Origin: an uncultured Verrucomicrobiae bacterium
GTDB taxonomy: Bacteria > Verrucomicrobiota > Verrucomicrobiia > Chthoniobacterales > Chthoniobacteraceae
Length of the DNA stretch: 64,000 nucleotides
Assembly: GCA_963769025.1 (NCBI GenBank)
Contig: CAVYKI010000003.1
Location: 928,001 to 992,000 of the forward strand
Direction: 5' to 3'
Part shown: in pieces, positions 1-10,040 of the stretch
Numbering within the stretch: position 1 is the stretch's first letter
Layout of the letters: every line of letters starts with the position of its first letter
The notes under the pieces: model-generated
What the model was told of the DNA's origin: nothing
The model's database searches: none
Seen by the model: the letters and a program-made list of their open reading frames with translations, nothing else
Made by a program: the position numbers and the translations under genes

Positions 1-756
1 AGCAGCTTCAGCGCGCGGCCGATCTGCGTGTCGCCCCACTCGACCTCGACGGCGTAGTCGAGCAGGTCGCGGCGGACGATTTCCGTGTCGGGCAAAAATG
101 TCGGCACCTTCGACGTCCTCGAGCTTCTTGCCGAGCCGCACGCCGGAATTCCATTCATAGCCGCGGTGCGGCTCGTGGAATCCCATCCAGAAACAGAACG
201 GCTTCGCCTTGTCCCGCTGCTGGAGGAATTCGCCGAAATTGCCCGGATAGTCGTTCTTCCCGATGCCCGCCGCGATGACCTCCTGCGTGAGCTTGTCGAA
301 GGACGGCCCCGCCGGATTGCGCGTGCGCTTGGCCTGCGTCTTGAAATCGCCCGGCCCCCAGCCCTTGCCCGTGAGCCCGACCGTGTAGCCGGCTTTTTCC
401 AGCAGATCGGGATAGACCTCGAAGTCCGCGGGAAAATATCCGCCGTGCGACACCGCCTCCTTGAGCTGCCACGTGTTGCGCCCGGTGAGGATGCTCGCGC
501 GGCACGGGCTGCACTTCGGATTCGACGTGAAGGCGTTCTTGAACAGCACGCCCTCGCGCGCGACGCGGTCGAAGTTCGGCGTCTTCACCCAAGTGCAGCC
601 GTACGCGCCCGCGTGCGTGCTGCCATTCCAGTCGTCGAAGATGATGAAGAGGATGTTCGGCCGCGCGGGCCTGCCGTCCGCAGCGAGCGCAGGGCGTACA
701 GCGATGCAGAGCGTGGTGAAAAGGAAGGCAAGGGCTGCGAGGGGGATCTTTTTCAT
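1..756 (-). CDS. Sulfatase, secreted (partial, runs off the left edge)
   Basis: Translated by hand, not in the ORF track: MKKIPLAALAFLF...RPNILFIIFDDW...KTPNFDRVAREGVLFKNAFTSNPKCSPCRASILTGR. Has a signal peptide and the CxPxR formylglycine motif. Confidence 0.9.
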   Translation of the reverse strand, partial: MKKIPLAALAFLFTTLCIAVRPALAADGRPARPNILFIIFDDWNGSTHAGAYGCTWVKTPNFDRVAREGVLFKNAFTSNPKCSPCRASILTGRNTWQLKEAVSHGGYFPADFEVYPDLLEKAGYTVGLTGKGWGPGDFKTQAKRTRNPAGPSFDKLTQEVIAAGIGKNDYPGNFGEFLQQRDKAKPFCFWMGFHEPHRGYEWNSGVRLGKKLEDVEGADIFARHGNRPPRPARLRRRGRVGRHADRPRAEAA

Positions 757-808
757 GGCGAGATGGGAACAGCGAAGAAGGCACGGTTTGCCCGCGCGTG
801 ACGAGGTC

Positions 809-1702
809 TCAGCGGCCCGATGCCGGGGGAGTTGCGGCGATGAAATCGACGATTGCCTTCCGCACCGGGTCGCCGGGTTTCGGGATGTCGTTGGCGATGG
901 AGCCGTGATTGCGATCCGGGATTTGGCGGAAGGTGACGCGCGTGTTGCCGGCGCCTTTCAGGACGGCGACGAGGTATTCGTTTTCCTCCGAGCGCGCGGC
1001 CATGTCGTGGTCGGCGGCGAGGACGAGCATCGGCGGCGTGTCCTTCCGGCAGTAGTGAACGGGCGCGGCTTCGTTGGCGATGATGGTGAGCTTACCGATG
1101 CCGAATTCCTCGCGCACGGTGTAGTGCGTCATCGTCTGCCCGCTCAGCGGGATGTAGCCCGCGAAGGAATCCGGCGTGAGGCCGTGCGGCTTCAGCCAGC
1201 GTGTGTCCATCGCGAGCATGAGCGCGAGATATCCGCCCGCGGAGTGGCCGCTGATGAAAATTTTGGCCGGATCGCCGCCATGCTCCGCGATGTGCGCGCG
1301 CACCCACGCGGCCGCCGCCGCCGAGTCCTCGACGTATGCGGGATAGATCGCCTTCGGACTCAGGCGGTAGTTGACCGCAGCCACCGCGATGCCATCCACA
1401 GCGAGGGCGCGGGCGATTGCGGCGGAGCCGTCCTTGCTGCCGGCCTTCAGCGCGCCGCCGTGAAACCACACGAGCGTCGCGAAGTTTTTCCCGGCAGGCG
1501 GAAGGTAAAGGTCCAGCTTGCAGCGCTCGGCTTCGTATTCGCTGAGCGTTTCGCCGGCCCTGTAGGCGAGATTGGCGATGACTTTTGGTGCTGCGGCCTC
1601 CTCGGAATACGACGGCACAAGACAGGCCAGATGGATAAGCACGCCGCCCAATGCGGCAAACCGGGGGAAGCATTTCATGCGCGGCAGAATGCATCCCCAC
1701 AC
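809..1702 (-). CDS. Alpha/beta hydrolase (carboxylesterase, BD-FAE-like)
   Basis: HGG oxyanion motif, VNYRLSP, GHSAGG nucleophile elbow, C-terminal His. The true start is probably near 1680-1690. Confidence 0.85.
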   Translation of the reverse strand: MWGCILPRMKCFPRFAALGGVLIHLACLVPSYSEEAAAPKVIANLAYRAGETLSEYEAERCKLDLYLPPAGKNFATLVWFHGGALKAGSKDGSAAIARALAVDGIAVAAVNYRLSPKAIYPAYVEDSAAAAAWVRAHIAEHGGDPAKIFISGHSAGGYLALMLAMDTRWLKPHGLTPDSFAGYIPLSGQTMTHYTVREEFGIGKLTIIANEAAPVHYCRKDTPPMLVLAADHDMAARSEENEYLVAVLKGAGNTRVTFRQIPDRNHGSIANDIPKPGDPVRKAIVDFIAATPPASGR

Positions 1703-1934
1703 TCTTGCTCACAATGAAGATCAGCAGATGCCGATTGGGTCCCAGGAAGCGTGTACGGCGGGGCTGATTCACAAGAGTAGAGGGTCATGGGGCCGAAGGA
1801 TACGAAGCACGTGTAACTCTCGCGTTGACGAAATGTGCCATTTTTGGCGTCCTCCGCGCCACGGTCGCGATGGTTCCGCCCGGTGCGGACGCGTTCGAGG
1901 CCTGAAACAAACAAAAAACCCAGAAAACAACCCC

Positions 1935-2465
1935 ATGAAGAAGCTCGTATTCACCCTCACGCTCGCCTGCGCCCTCGCGCTCGGCGGCCAATCAGCCTTC
2001 GCAGAGGCGAAGAAGAAACCCGCCGCGGCAGCCGATGCCCCCGCCGAAAAACCGAAGGCTGGAGACACCGGAAAACCCAAGGCCGAAGGCGACACTGCCA
2101 AGCCGAAAGCCGAGGGCGATGCCGCCAAGCCGAAGCGGGAAACGGTCTCCTATTTTGGCGACGTCGCCGCGGTGGACAGTGCGGCCAAGACCATCACATT
2201 GAAGGCGAAGGACCCGACCAAAGGGCGCGTGCTCAAGGTCACGGATGCGACCAAAATCGTGAAGGTTACCGGCACTGCCGAAGCACCGGCCGCATTGTCG
2301 GACGTCACGGTCGGTGCCTACATCACGGGCAGCTACAAGAAGGCCACCGACGGATCGCTGGAGGCTTCAAAAATCAGCCTCGGCAAGACGAAGCCCGCAA
2401 AGCCCGAAGGCGCGGAGAAAAAGCCGGAAGGCGACGCGAAGAAGCCCGCTGAAGCGAAAAAGTAG
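1935..2465 (+). CDS. Secreted Lys/Ala-rich protein with a DUF5666-like OB-fold domain
   Basis: Signal peptide MKKLVFTLTLACALALGG, KPKAEGD repeats, and a core GDVAAVDSAAKTITL...LSDVTVGAYITGSY. Confidence 0.7.
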   Translation: MKKLVFTLTLACALALGGQSAFAEAKKKPAAAADAPAEKPKAGDTGKPKAEGDTAKPKAEGDAAKPKRETVSYFGDVAAVDSAAKTITLKAKDPTKGRVLKVTDATKIVKVTGTAEAPAALSDVTVGAYITGSYKKATDGSLEASKISLGKTKPAKPEGAEKKPEGDAKKPAEAKK

Positions 2466-2492
2466 TCTCTGCGGAATCTTCCGCACTTTCCA

Positions 2493-2529
2493 AAGACCGG
2501 CACCTGCGCGAGCGGGTGCCGGTTTTTTT
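2493..2529 (+). terminator. Intrinsic terminator
   Basis: Hairpin accggcacctgc/gcgggtgccggt followed by a T run. Confidence 0.8.
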
Positions 2530-2676
2530 GGGGGCGCTGAGCGTAACCTTCATAAACCTTCTCACGCCCCGCGAAAAATCGGAAAATGGCCGCCGCACAT
2601 TATTCCGTGCGACCGCCCGGGTCCTGATCCTTTTTCAACAAGCGAACGCGGGTCCGCCGGCCTCGCTTCTCCAAGG

Positions 2677-3843
2677 CTACCGCTTCAGCAGCGCATCCGA
2701 CTCGCTGAGCTTGAAGCGCGTGCTGACGACGGAATGCTTCTCCGGACCGGGCTGATATTTCACGTAGGTCGTCGCGACGATGGTGCCGTCGGGCAGCAGC
2801 TCGACGCCGGGATAGCCGCAATCGCTCACGCGCTCGGCGTAGCTGTGGAGGAGCTTTACGCGATACTCGCCGGGCGTCGATTTCCGGATGTCGTCGTACG
2901 TGCCGACCCACGCGACAAAGTGGCCGCGCGTCGTGCTGCCTGGCGCCATGTCGCGGAAGGCGACCACGAAACGTCCGTCCGGTGTGAACACGCCGTTGTG
3001 CCGGTCGCCGCTCAGGCCCCACGGCGTGTCGGTCGGCTTGCTCCATGTCTGGCCCTCATCTCGGCTGAACATCATGAGACTGCGGCCGGTGTGCGTATTC
3101 TCGCGCATGATGCAGCAGAGCTCCGCGCCGTCGGGCGAACGGAAGACGAACGGCTCGCACGGGTTCTTGCCCGCGACGGATGCGACGACCGCGGGCTCGG
3201 ACCACGTGAACCCGCCGTCGGCCGTGATTGTCTGGATCACTTCGAGCGGTGCCTTGTCCGCGCCGCCCGGCCCCCGGTGGTAGAGGCCGAGATGGCGTCC
3301 GTCCTTCAGGCGCACCACGCTGCTGAAAGTCATGACGCACGGGAATCCGAGCGGCGGCATTTCCTTCCACGTCTTGCCGCCGTCCTCGCTCATGATGCTC
3401 GGCATGCCCGGCCCGCCGCGTTTTCCCAACGCCGCAGAAAACACCCACAGCCGCTCCTTTCCCGCCGCATCCACCATGCGGTAGATGCTCGGGCAGTTCT
3501 GGTGCTTGGAGAATCCAGGCGGCAACTGCGCATCCATGCGCGCCCACGTGAGGCCTCCATCTTCGCTGCGCGCCATCGGCCCGGCCGCGCCCCCGTGATT
3601 GACGCACCACACGGCGAAAATCGTCTTCCCATCCGGCATCAGCAAGGTGGTCGGATGGCCCTGATAGACCGCCTCCGTCCCCGCCGCGATCACGACCTGC
3701 CGCTGCTTTTCCCCGGACAGATCGACCGTCGGGATGTCCGGTTTTTCCGCGCCGCGCAAAATGGAACCACAGAGCGTGGTCGCGATGAGGCAACTCGCGG
3801 CGAACCGCATCGCACGAGGGGAACTGGGGAGCGTTTTCATCAT
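2677..3843 (-). CDS. BNR/Asp-box sialidase-family protein
   Basis: Four Asp boxes ([32 protein letters not shown]), a C-terminal DCGYP and a signal peptide. Confidence 0.85.
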   Translation of the reverse strand: MMKTLPSSPRAMRFAASCLIATTLCGSILRGAEKPDIPTVDLSGEKQRQVVIAAGTEAVYQGHPTTLLMPDGKTIFAVWCVNHGGAAGPMARSEDGGLTWARMDAQLPPGFSKHQNCPSIYRMVDAAGKERLWVFSAALGKRGGPGMPSIMSEDGGKTWKEMPPLGFPCVMTFSSVVRLKDGRHLGLYHRGPGGADKAPLEVIQTITADGGFTWSEPAVVASVAGKNPCEPFVFRSPDGAELCCIMRENTHTGRSLMMFSRDEGQTWSKPTDTPWGLSGDRHNGVFTPDGRFVVAFRDMAPGSTTRGHFVAWVGTYDDIRKSTPGEYRVKLLHSYAERVSDCGYPGVELLPDGTIVATTYVKYQPGPEKHSVVSTRFKLSESDALLKR

Positions 3844-3846
3844 GGA

Positions 3847-4410
3847 TCAGCCTTCGCTCCGTACCAGCCGGATGTCGATCTCGCGGTCCACGAACTTCCA
3901 TTCCTCCGTAGCTCGCAGCTCGGACACCATGTCCTCGAAGGCAGTGGCATCGGCCTTCGTGTAATCGAAAAAGGTGAGGAAATCGAACGGCTCGCTCCCG
4001 CCGAGATCGCGGCAGTGATGCAGCCGGCGCGCGACGCCCGGCAGATACTTCAGGCCGGTCTGCACGTGGTGGGAGCGTTCCTCGAAAATGGCCCGGCGCT
4101 CGTCCTGCGTGAGCGCCCACCAGCTTGCGTTTTTCCGGATCGGGATCAGCGCGGCGTGCGCCGCCTCGGGCCGGCCGATGGCGACCTGCTTCGCGACGAG
4201 CTGATCCTTCTCCGCGCGCGTCGCGTAGCGTTCGTTGCTCGTCACGCCGCGCAGCATCCACTGGCCGCCATCCGGCAAAATGGCGACCGGCGCGTTGCCG
4301 ATGCTGAGCCGCTTTACTTCCGCGAGCGGTTCACCGGCGACCGCTTTGTTTTTGATGACCGACCACTCGCCGGCGTCGCCGCCCAGGAAGGTAAACAATC
4401 GTGGATTCAT
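3847..4410 (-). CDS. cld: Chlorite dismutase, short clade-2 type
   Basis: MNPRLFTFLGG...IPIRKNASWW...SHHVQTGLKYLPGVARRLHHCRDLG...PFDFLTFF, 187 aa. Proximal His and distal Arg positions are retained. Alternative starts extend to 4437. Confidence 0.85.
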   Translation of the reverse strand: MNPRLFTFLGGDAGEWSVIKNKAVAGEPLAEVKRLSIGNAPVAILPDGGQWMLRGVTSNERYATRAEKDQLVAKQVAIGRPEAAHAALIPIRKNASWWALTQDERRAIFEERSHHVQTGLKYLPGVARRLHHCRDLGGSEPFDFLTFFDYTKADATAFEDMVSELRATEEWKFVDREIDIRLVRSEG

Positions 4411-4507
4411 CGTGCCGTTCATTGGATTTGTTTTCATCCGCTTCACAAATCTACGGCGATCAGAGACCCCCGCGCACGCCCCAAAACGGCCAGGCTGCGT
4501 TTTCCGG

Positions 4508-5626
4508 CTAGCCTGCCGGTACGGGCAGCGCTTCCACGGCGAGCGGCGTGGGCTTCCTGCCGACGCCACGCGCCCACTTGAGCACGGGTGCTTCGATCCA
4601 GCGCCAGCTCGCCATGCCCGCCAGGACCGCGAGCACCGCCGACGCCGCAAAATAGGCGAGGAACCCCAGACGCTGCACCCCGCCAGCGGCCAGCAACTGC
4701 TGCAGCGGAAACGCGTAGATGTAGATCCCGTACGAGAAGTCGCCCCACTTCTCCACCTTCTGAAAAGGCAGCCGGTGCGCGAGCCAGAGGACGAGGTAAG
4801 GCAGCGCAAAGGGCCACACGAACACGAAGCACTTTGCAAAGCACGATGCGACGAGCAGCCCCAGCGCGACGCCCGCCATCCATCCACGCCAGCGGAGCAG
4901 TTCGCGAAATTGGCAGCATGTCATTCCGGCCAGAAATGCGAGGTAGGCGGAGCGGTACAGCGGCAGGTGGAAGCCGTAGGTGTTCGTGTTTTCCAGCGCC
5001 CGCGACAGCGGATGGAGCGTCTCGGGATTCCGCAGACCCACGGCGTGAAGGACGAAGACCGCCGCGAAAAGCACTGCCCCCGTAAATTTCCAACGCAGGC
5101 CGCGGGCGAGCGCGACCACGGCCAGCCAGACGTAGCACATCATCTCAGGCGCCAGCGACCACAGCGAACCGTTCACCGAATAGTTGCCCGGATTCTTCCG
5201 GAAAAGGTCCGTGATGGAATATTGGGTGACGCGGATGCCGCCATTCGCGACGAGGAACGAAATCGCGGAGTCCGGTCCGACGACGAGGCTGTCCCAATAG
5301 TCCAGGACATCCGAGTGGTTCCAGAGCATCACTGCCGGGGCGAGCGCGAAGACAGTCAGCAGATGCATCGCCGTGAAGCCCGGCAGGATGCGCGCTGCGC
5401 GGTTCAGCCCGAACCGCCACATCGGCGTGCGCTGGGCCGACGCGGTGATGAGCCAGCCGCTGATCACGAAAAAACAAAGCACCGCGACGATGCCGATCTG
5501 CGCCTGCCCGCCGGTCGCCCTCATGAGCGGATCCTCCCCGAAACCACCCAGCGGAAACGAATGCGAGAACACCACCGCCAACGCGAAGAAGAGGCGGAGA
5601 AAGGTGAAGCTGTTCTGGCGATCCAT
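4508..5626 (-). CDS. Acyltransferase-3 (OafA-like) membrane O-acyltransferase
   Basis: LRLFFALAVVFSH, FFVISGWLI, RAARILP, NGSLWSL.E and SYGIYIY motifs, with multiple transmembrane segments. Confidence 0.9.
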   Translation of the reverse strand: MDRQNSFTFLRLFFALAVVFSHSFPLGGFGEDPLMRATGGQAQIGIVAVLCFFVISGWLITASAQRTPMWRFGLNRAARILPGFTAMHLLTVFALAPAVMLWNHSDVLDYWDSLVVGPDSAISFLVANGGIRVTQYSITDLFRKNPGNYSVNGSLWSLAPEMMCYVWLAVVALARGLRWKFTGAVLFAAVFVLHAVGLRNPETLHPLSRALENTNTYGFHLPLYRSAYLAFLAGMTCCQFRELLRWRGWMAGVALGLLVASCFAKCFVFVWPFALPYLVLWLAHRLPFQKVEKWGDFSYGIYIYAFPLQQLLAAGGVQRLGFLAYFAASAVLAVLAGMASWRWIEAPVLKWARGVGRKPTPLAVEALPVPAG

Positions 5627-5725
5627 CCGCCAAACCTTAGCCAGTCGCGTGCCGCCTCGTGGTCAGGCGTCGCGAATACTGCGACCCTTCAGGCGCACAG
5701 GCCTGAATAGGAACGCCGCACCGTC

Positions 5726-6994
5726 CTACGTGACCTCGAACTTGTGAACCTCGACCGCATTCTTTCCCGCCTTCACGATCGGGCGCGGCTCCGGTTGGGC
5801 AAAGCCATTGAGGTCCACGGCGCGCGCGCGGAATTCGTATCGGCCGGGTTTCAAATCCATCAGCGTCGCGGACCACGAGATCATGCTGTAGCGCAGCGGC
5901 CACGTCGCGGGCTGGCCGGTCTTTGGGTCAAAGCCGAGCACGTCCTTTGATGAAACGCCCGTCGGAAGGACGGACGACCAGTCAGCCGGCGGCTTTTCGA
6001 GTTCGGCCGGCGTCCACCGGGCGGCGCGCCACGTTTCATCGTCCAGCAGCACGGGCTTTGCGCCGGGCTCGACGCGACGCAGCCACCATTCGACCCGCTG
6101 CAAGCCCGACAGCCCGGCGAGCCCGAGGCCGGTCATGAACACCGGCCTGCCCGCGGGAAATTTCTCCGGCGCCTGGTCGATGTATGCCGCGGTTTTCAGA
6201 TGCGACTCGGGATCGTTGTTCGCGTTCGCGTAGGTGTCGTTCGCCTTCCAGTCATTCGTCACCGCGATGCGCTGGAGCCACTTGATGGATTTGAACCCGT
6301 GCGCCCACGGGATGATCATGCGCACCGGCCCGCCGCGCTTGAGCGGGATCGGCTCGCCATTCAGCCGCCACGCGACGAATGGCGGCAGCTCGCCCGGCGC
6401 CGTCTCCATCGCCTCGGTGTAGCTGAGCGACGACTGGAAAATCTGCTTCGGGTCGTTGTTGTGAAAACCCCAGTAGTAGATGCGCCGCACGTTGCGCATC
6501 GGCCCGCAAAGCCGCAGCACCTCGCGCAGCGGCACGCCTTCCCACAGCCCCTGACCGAGCGGCTGGGCGATGTTCAGGCACTGCATCGCCTTCAGAAAAC
6601 GGACGCCGTGCGTTTTCCCCAGCCCGAGGAGCGCCGGGAGATCGAGCGCGGTGCCATCCTCGAGCGTGAACTGTTTCCCGAGGCTCGCGGGCTCCTTCAC
6701 CACTTCGCTCGTGAAAGGATCCGCGACGATCTCCAGCCGCCACGTCTCCGCCGTGAGCCGCGCCTGCACGAGCGCATCGCCGGTGAGCGTGTGCGGCTTC
6801 GGGTTCCCGCGCGAGACGTCGGTGAAGTCGGCGGCCTTCGTGAGAAGAGGATGCGGTGTGGGCGCGGCGCCTGGCCCTTCCGCTGCCTGCACGCCTCCTG
6901 TGAAGCCGCCCGCGAGCGCAGTCGCCGCAAGCGTCGAAGTCGTGCGCACAAATGCGCGGCGTGAAAGTGGTGCTGGTTCCTGGGGGATTTCCAT
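5726..6994 (-). CDS. Tat-exported molybdopterin oxidoreductase, sulfite oxidase family
   Basis: SRRAFV twin-arginine signal, Mo-ligand Cys in MQCL, WEGVPL, NGEPIPLKRGGPVR, GFKSIKWL, and a C-terminal Ig-like RARAVD..G..QP. Confidence 0.85.
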   Translation of the reverse strand: MEIPQEPAPLSRRAFVRTTSTLAATALAGGFTGGVQAAEGPGAAPTPHPLLTKAADFTDVSRGNPKPHTLTGDALVQARLTAETWRLEIVADPFTSEVVKEPASLGKQFTLEDGTALDLPALLGLGKTHGVRFLKAMQCLNIAQPLGQGLWEGVPLREVLRLCGPMRNVRRIYYWGFHNNDPKQIFQSSLSYTEAMETAPGELPPFVAWRLNGEPIPLKRGGPVRMIIPWAHGFKSIKWLQRIAVTNDWKANDTYANANNDPESHLKTAAYIDQAPEKFPAGRPVFMTGLGLAGLSGLQRVEWWLRRVEPGAKPVLLDDETWRAARWTPAELEKPPADWSSVLPTGVSSKDVLGFDPKTGQPATWPLRYSMISWSATLMDLKPGRYEFRARAVDLNGFAQPEPRPIVKAGKNAVEVHKFEVT

Positions 6995-7167
6995 GGGGCG
7001 CGATTCTGGAGTTTGAGGGGACGGGGTCTTTGAGGGCGAAGGATTCCCAAATGCAACCCCGGAGCAAAACCCGTCGTGGAGTTAAAACGCGGCACGTACC
7101 ACGCCGCACGTCCGCGGCGTCTCCGCGCACACGCCTCGCCCGCAGGTGAAATGGCTCGTCCGCGGGC

Positions 7168-7204
7168 ACAAAAAAAGGGCGACCCGGAGGCCGCCCCTTT
7201 TGTG
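7168..7204 (-). terminator. Intrinsic terminator of pnp
   Basis: GC hairpin gggcggcc/ggtcgccc followed by a T tract on the minus strand. Confidence 0.8.
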
Positions 7205-7241
7205 AGTTTGTAACTTGGAGGATCAGGATCCTCGCGGCGTC

Positions 7242-9406
7242 TTAGTTTGCTCCGGCGGGAGGCGCGGATGCGGCGGGCGCTCCGCTGCCGGCGGCTTCGT
7301 CGCGCTCTTTCATCGCGGCTTTGCGCGAGAGCTTGATTTTGCCGCGCTCGTCCACGCCGAGGACCTTCACCCAGATCATGTCGCCCATCTTCACGACGTC
7401 CTCGACGCGGTTCACGCGGCGGTCGGCGAGTTCGCTGATGTGGCACATGCCGTCCTTGCCGGGCAGGATTTCGACGAAGCAGCCGAATTCCTTAATGTTC
7501 ACGACCGGCGCGTGGTACACTTCGCCGATGGTGACCTCCTTGGTCATGCCATTGATGATCTGCTTCGCGCGGGCCATCGCCTCGGGGTTGTTCGAGTAGA
7601 TGCGGATGCTGCCGTCGTCCTCGATGTTAATCTCCGCGCCGGTCTCGGCGACGATGCCTTTGATGGTCTTGCCGCCGGGGCCGATGATGAGGCCGATCTT
7701 GTCGGGGTTGATTTTGATCGTCTCGATGCGCGGCGCGTAGGGCGACATTTCCGTGCGCGGCGCGGCGATGGTGGCGGCCATGACGTCGAGGATCTTCATG
7801 CGCAGGTCGCGCGCCTGGAGGACGGCTTCGGTCATGATCTTGTGGCTAGACGCCGGGGAGCTTCAGGTCGAGCTGGAAGCCGGTGACGCCTTCGCGCGTG
7901 CCGCAGAGCTTGAAGTCCATGTCGCCGAAGTGATCCTCGCTGCCGATGATGTCGGCGAGCGTGGTGTAGCGCTTGAGGGTGTCGCCCTCAAACTCAGTCA
8001 CGAGGCCGACGCTGATGCCGGCGACGGGGGTCTTGATCGGCACGCCCGCATCCATGAGCGCGAGGACGCCGCCGCAGACGGAGGCCATCGAGGTGGAGCC
8101 GTTCGACTCGCACACTTCGCTGCTGATGCGGATGGCGTACGGGAAGTCTTCCGTCGAGGGGATGACCGGCGCGATGGAACGCTCGGCGAGTGCGCCGTGG
8201 CCGATTTCGCGGCGGTTCATGCCGCCCATGCGGCCGGTTTCGCCGACCGAGAAGGGCGGGAAGTTGTAGTGCAGGATGAAGGCCTTGCTGGTCTCGCCGC
8301 CGGTGTAGCCGTCCATGTCCTGCGCTTCCTGCGTGGTCGCGAGGGTGAGCGAGGCAGAGGGCCTGCGTCTCGCCGCGGGCGAAAAGCGCGCTGCCGTGCG
8401 AACGCGGGAGCAGGCCGGTCTCGGCGCTGAGCTGGCGGAGGTCGCCGAGGCCGCGTCCGTCGCAACGCGACTTGCGATCGAGGATGGCGACGCGGAAGGC
8501 CTTCTTTTGCAGGTAGTCAAAGGCCTGGCTGATCTCGAAGGGCGTGGCCTCCGGGAACTTCGCCTTGATGGCCGCGCCGACTTCGTCCTTGAGCGCGTTC
8601 ACCGCCTTGCTGCGGGCGACTTTGCTCGGGGTGTAGAGTGCGGCCTCGATGCGGCTGCCCGCGACTTCGTAGGCGACTTCCATCACCTCGTCCTTCACGG
8701 TGAAGAGCGGCATTTCGCGCTTGGCCTTGTTGACCTTCGCCGCGAGTTCCTTCTGCGCGACGCAGAGTTTCACCGCTTCGATGTGGCCGAATTCGAGGGC
8801 CTTGATGAAGTCCGCCTCGGGGATTTCGTTGCCCGCGCCTTCGATCATGATCACGTCGTTTTCCGTGCCGACATAGACGAGGTCGAGGTCGCTCTCAGCG
8901 CGCTGTGCGTGCGTGGGGTTCGCGATGAACTCACCATTGATGCGGCCCACGCGCACGGCACCGACGGGGCCCGCGAACGGGATGTCGGACACCATCAGCG
9001 CGGCGCTCGCGCCGTTGATGGAGAGCATGTCGGGGTCGTTCTGACCGTCCGCGCTCATGAGCGTGCCGACGATCTGCGTGTCGTAGAGGTAGCCCTTCGG
9101 GAAGAGCGGGCGCAGCGGACGATCCGTCATGCGCGCGGTGAGGACTTCCTTTTCGGTGGGACGGCCTTCGCGCTTGAAGTAGCCGCCGGGGAACCGGCCG
9201 ACCGCCGCCGCCTTTTCGCGGTATTCGACGCTGAGGGGGAACCAGTCCTGGCCCTCTTTGATCTTCGTCGCGGAGACCGCGGTGACGAGGATGATGGTTT
9301 CGCCGCAACGCACGGTCACGGCTCCGTCGGCGAGCTTCGCGAGCTTGCCGGTTTCGATGATGATGGGGGTGCTGCCGGAATTGGCAGTCACATTTTGGAT
9401 GCTCAT
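7242..9406 (-). CDS. pnp: Polyribonucleotide nucleotidyltransferase (frameshifts near 8350 and 7845, probably sequencing errors)
   Basis: [40 protein letters not shown] and GDMDFK, plus KH and S1 domains, spread over three ORF pieces. Confidence 0.95.
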
Positions 9407-9493
9407 TTTGTTTTTGAAATGCCATCCGGCCTGCCGTGGAAACGCGTCTCCCGGTTCGCAGTCCCAAAAGCGCCGGCTCGAGGTTCCGTCCTC

Positions 9494-9580
9494 AATCTTA
9501 CTCTTAATCCTAATCTTAATCCCCTCGCACCCGAATGGCCGGGAAGGGATTAAGATTAAGAATAAGATTAGGATTAAGAC
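9494..9580. repeat. AT-rich inverted repeat built from AATCTT/AAGATT hexamers
   Basis: aatcttactcttaatcctaatcttaatccc pairs with gggattaagattaagaataagattaggatt. Confidence 0.85.
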
Positions 9581-9715
9581 CGAAAGGCTGAAGCTGGGGC
9601 TAAGGACTGAAACCAGAAACCGCGTGGCGGCGAACCGTGTGGCGATTGTTTGGTTTGCTCTGCTCACCCTCCGCCCGGTTTCGGCGGTGGCGGGGCTATT
9701 GTTTGTCTGACCGGG

Positions 9716-9751
9716 TAAAAGCATTCGCCCCGGTGCGAGGACCGGGGCGAA
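9716..9751 (-). terminator. Hairpin after rpsO, possible terminator
   Basis: Perfect 11-bp stem ttcgccccggt/accggggcgaa followed by tgctttt on the minus strand. Confidence 0.6.
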
Positions 9752-9771
9752 GTGTGGAACTGGTCTTGAAC

Positions 9772-10026
9772 CTACTTGCGCAGATTCAGCTTATCGAGCG
9801 CCGCCTGGTATCGCGGAGCCGCGGTGCGCTTGAGGTAATCAAGCAGCCCGCGGCGGCGTGCGACCATCTGGAGCAGGCCGCGGCGCGAGGAGTGATCCTT
9901 CGCGTGGGCCTTGAGGTGCTCGGTGAGGTGATTGATGCGCTCGGTCAGAACGGCGACTTGCACGTCCGCGCTGCCGGTATCTTTCTCGTGCAGGCGGAGG
10001 GTGGTGATGGATTCTGTCGTGGCCAT
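9772..10026 (-). CDS. rpsO: 30S ribosomal protein S15
   Basis: [26 protein letters not shown]...[13 protein letters not shown]. Confidence 0.97.
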   Translation of the reverse strand: MATTESITTLRLHEKDTGSADVQVAVLTERINHLTEHLKAHAKDHSSRRGLLQMVARRRGLLDYLKRTAAPRYQAALDKLNLRK

Positions 10027-10040
10027 GATTTTTTAAAGAG

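Noticed and set aside
2050..2140. Tandem repeats of about 27 bp as a possible CRISPR array
   Set aside because: They are in-frame coding repeats (KPKAEGDxA) with no unique spacers, and no cas genes are present.
2314..4581. Long antisense ORFs such as 2314-4581, 47829-49772 and 51177-53108
   Set aside because: They are Arg/Ala/Gly-rich shadow frames opposite well-supported genes, as expected at high GC content.
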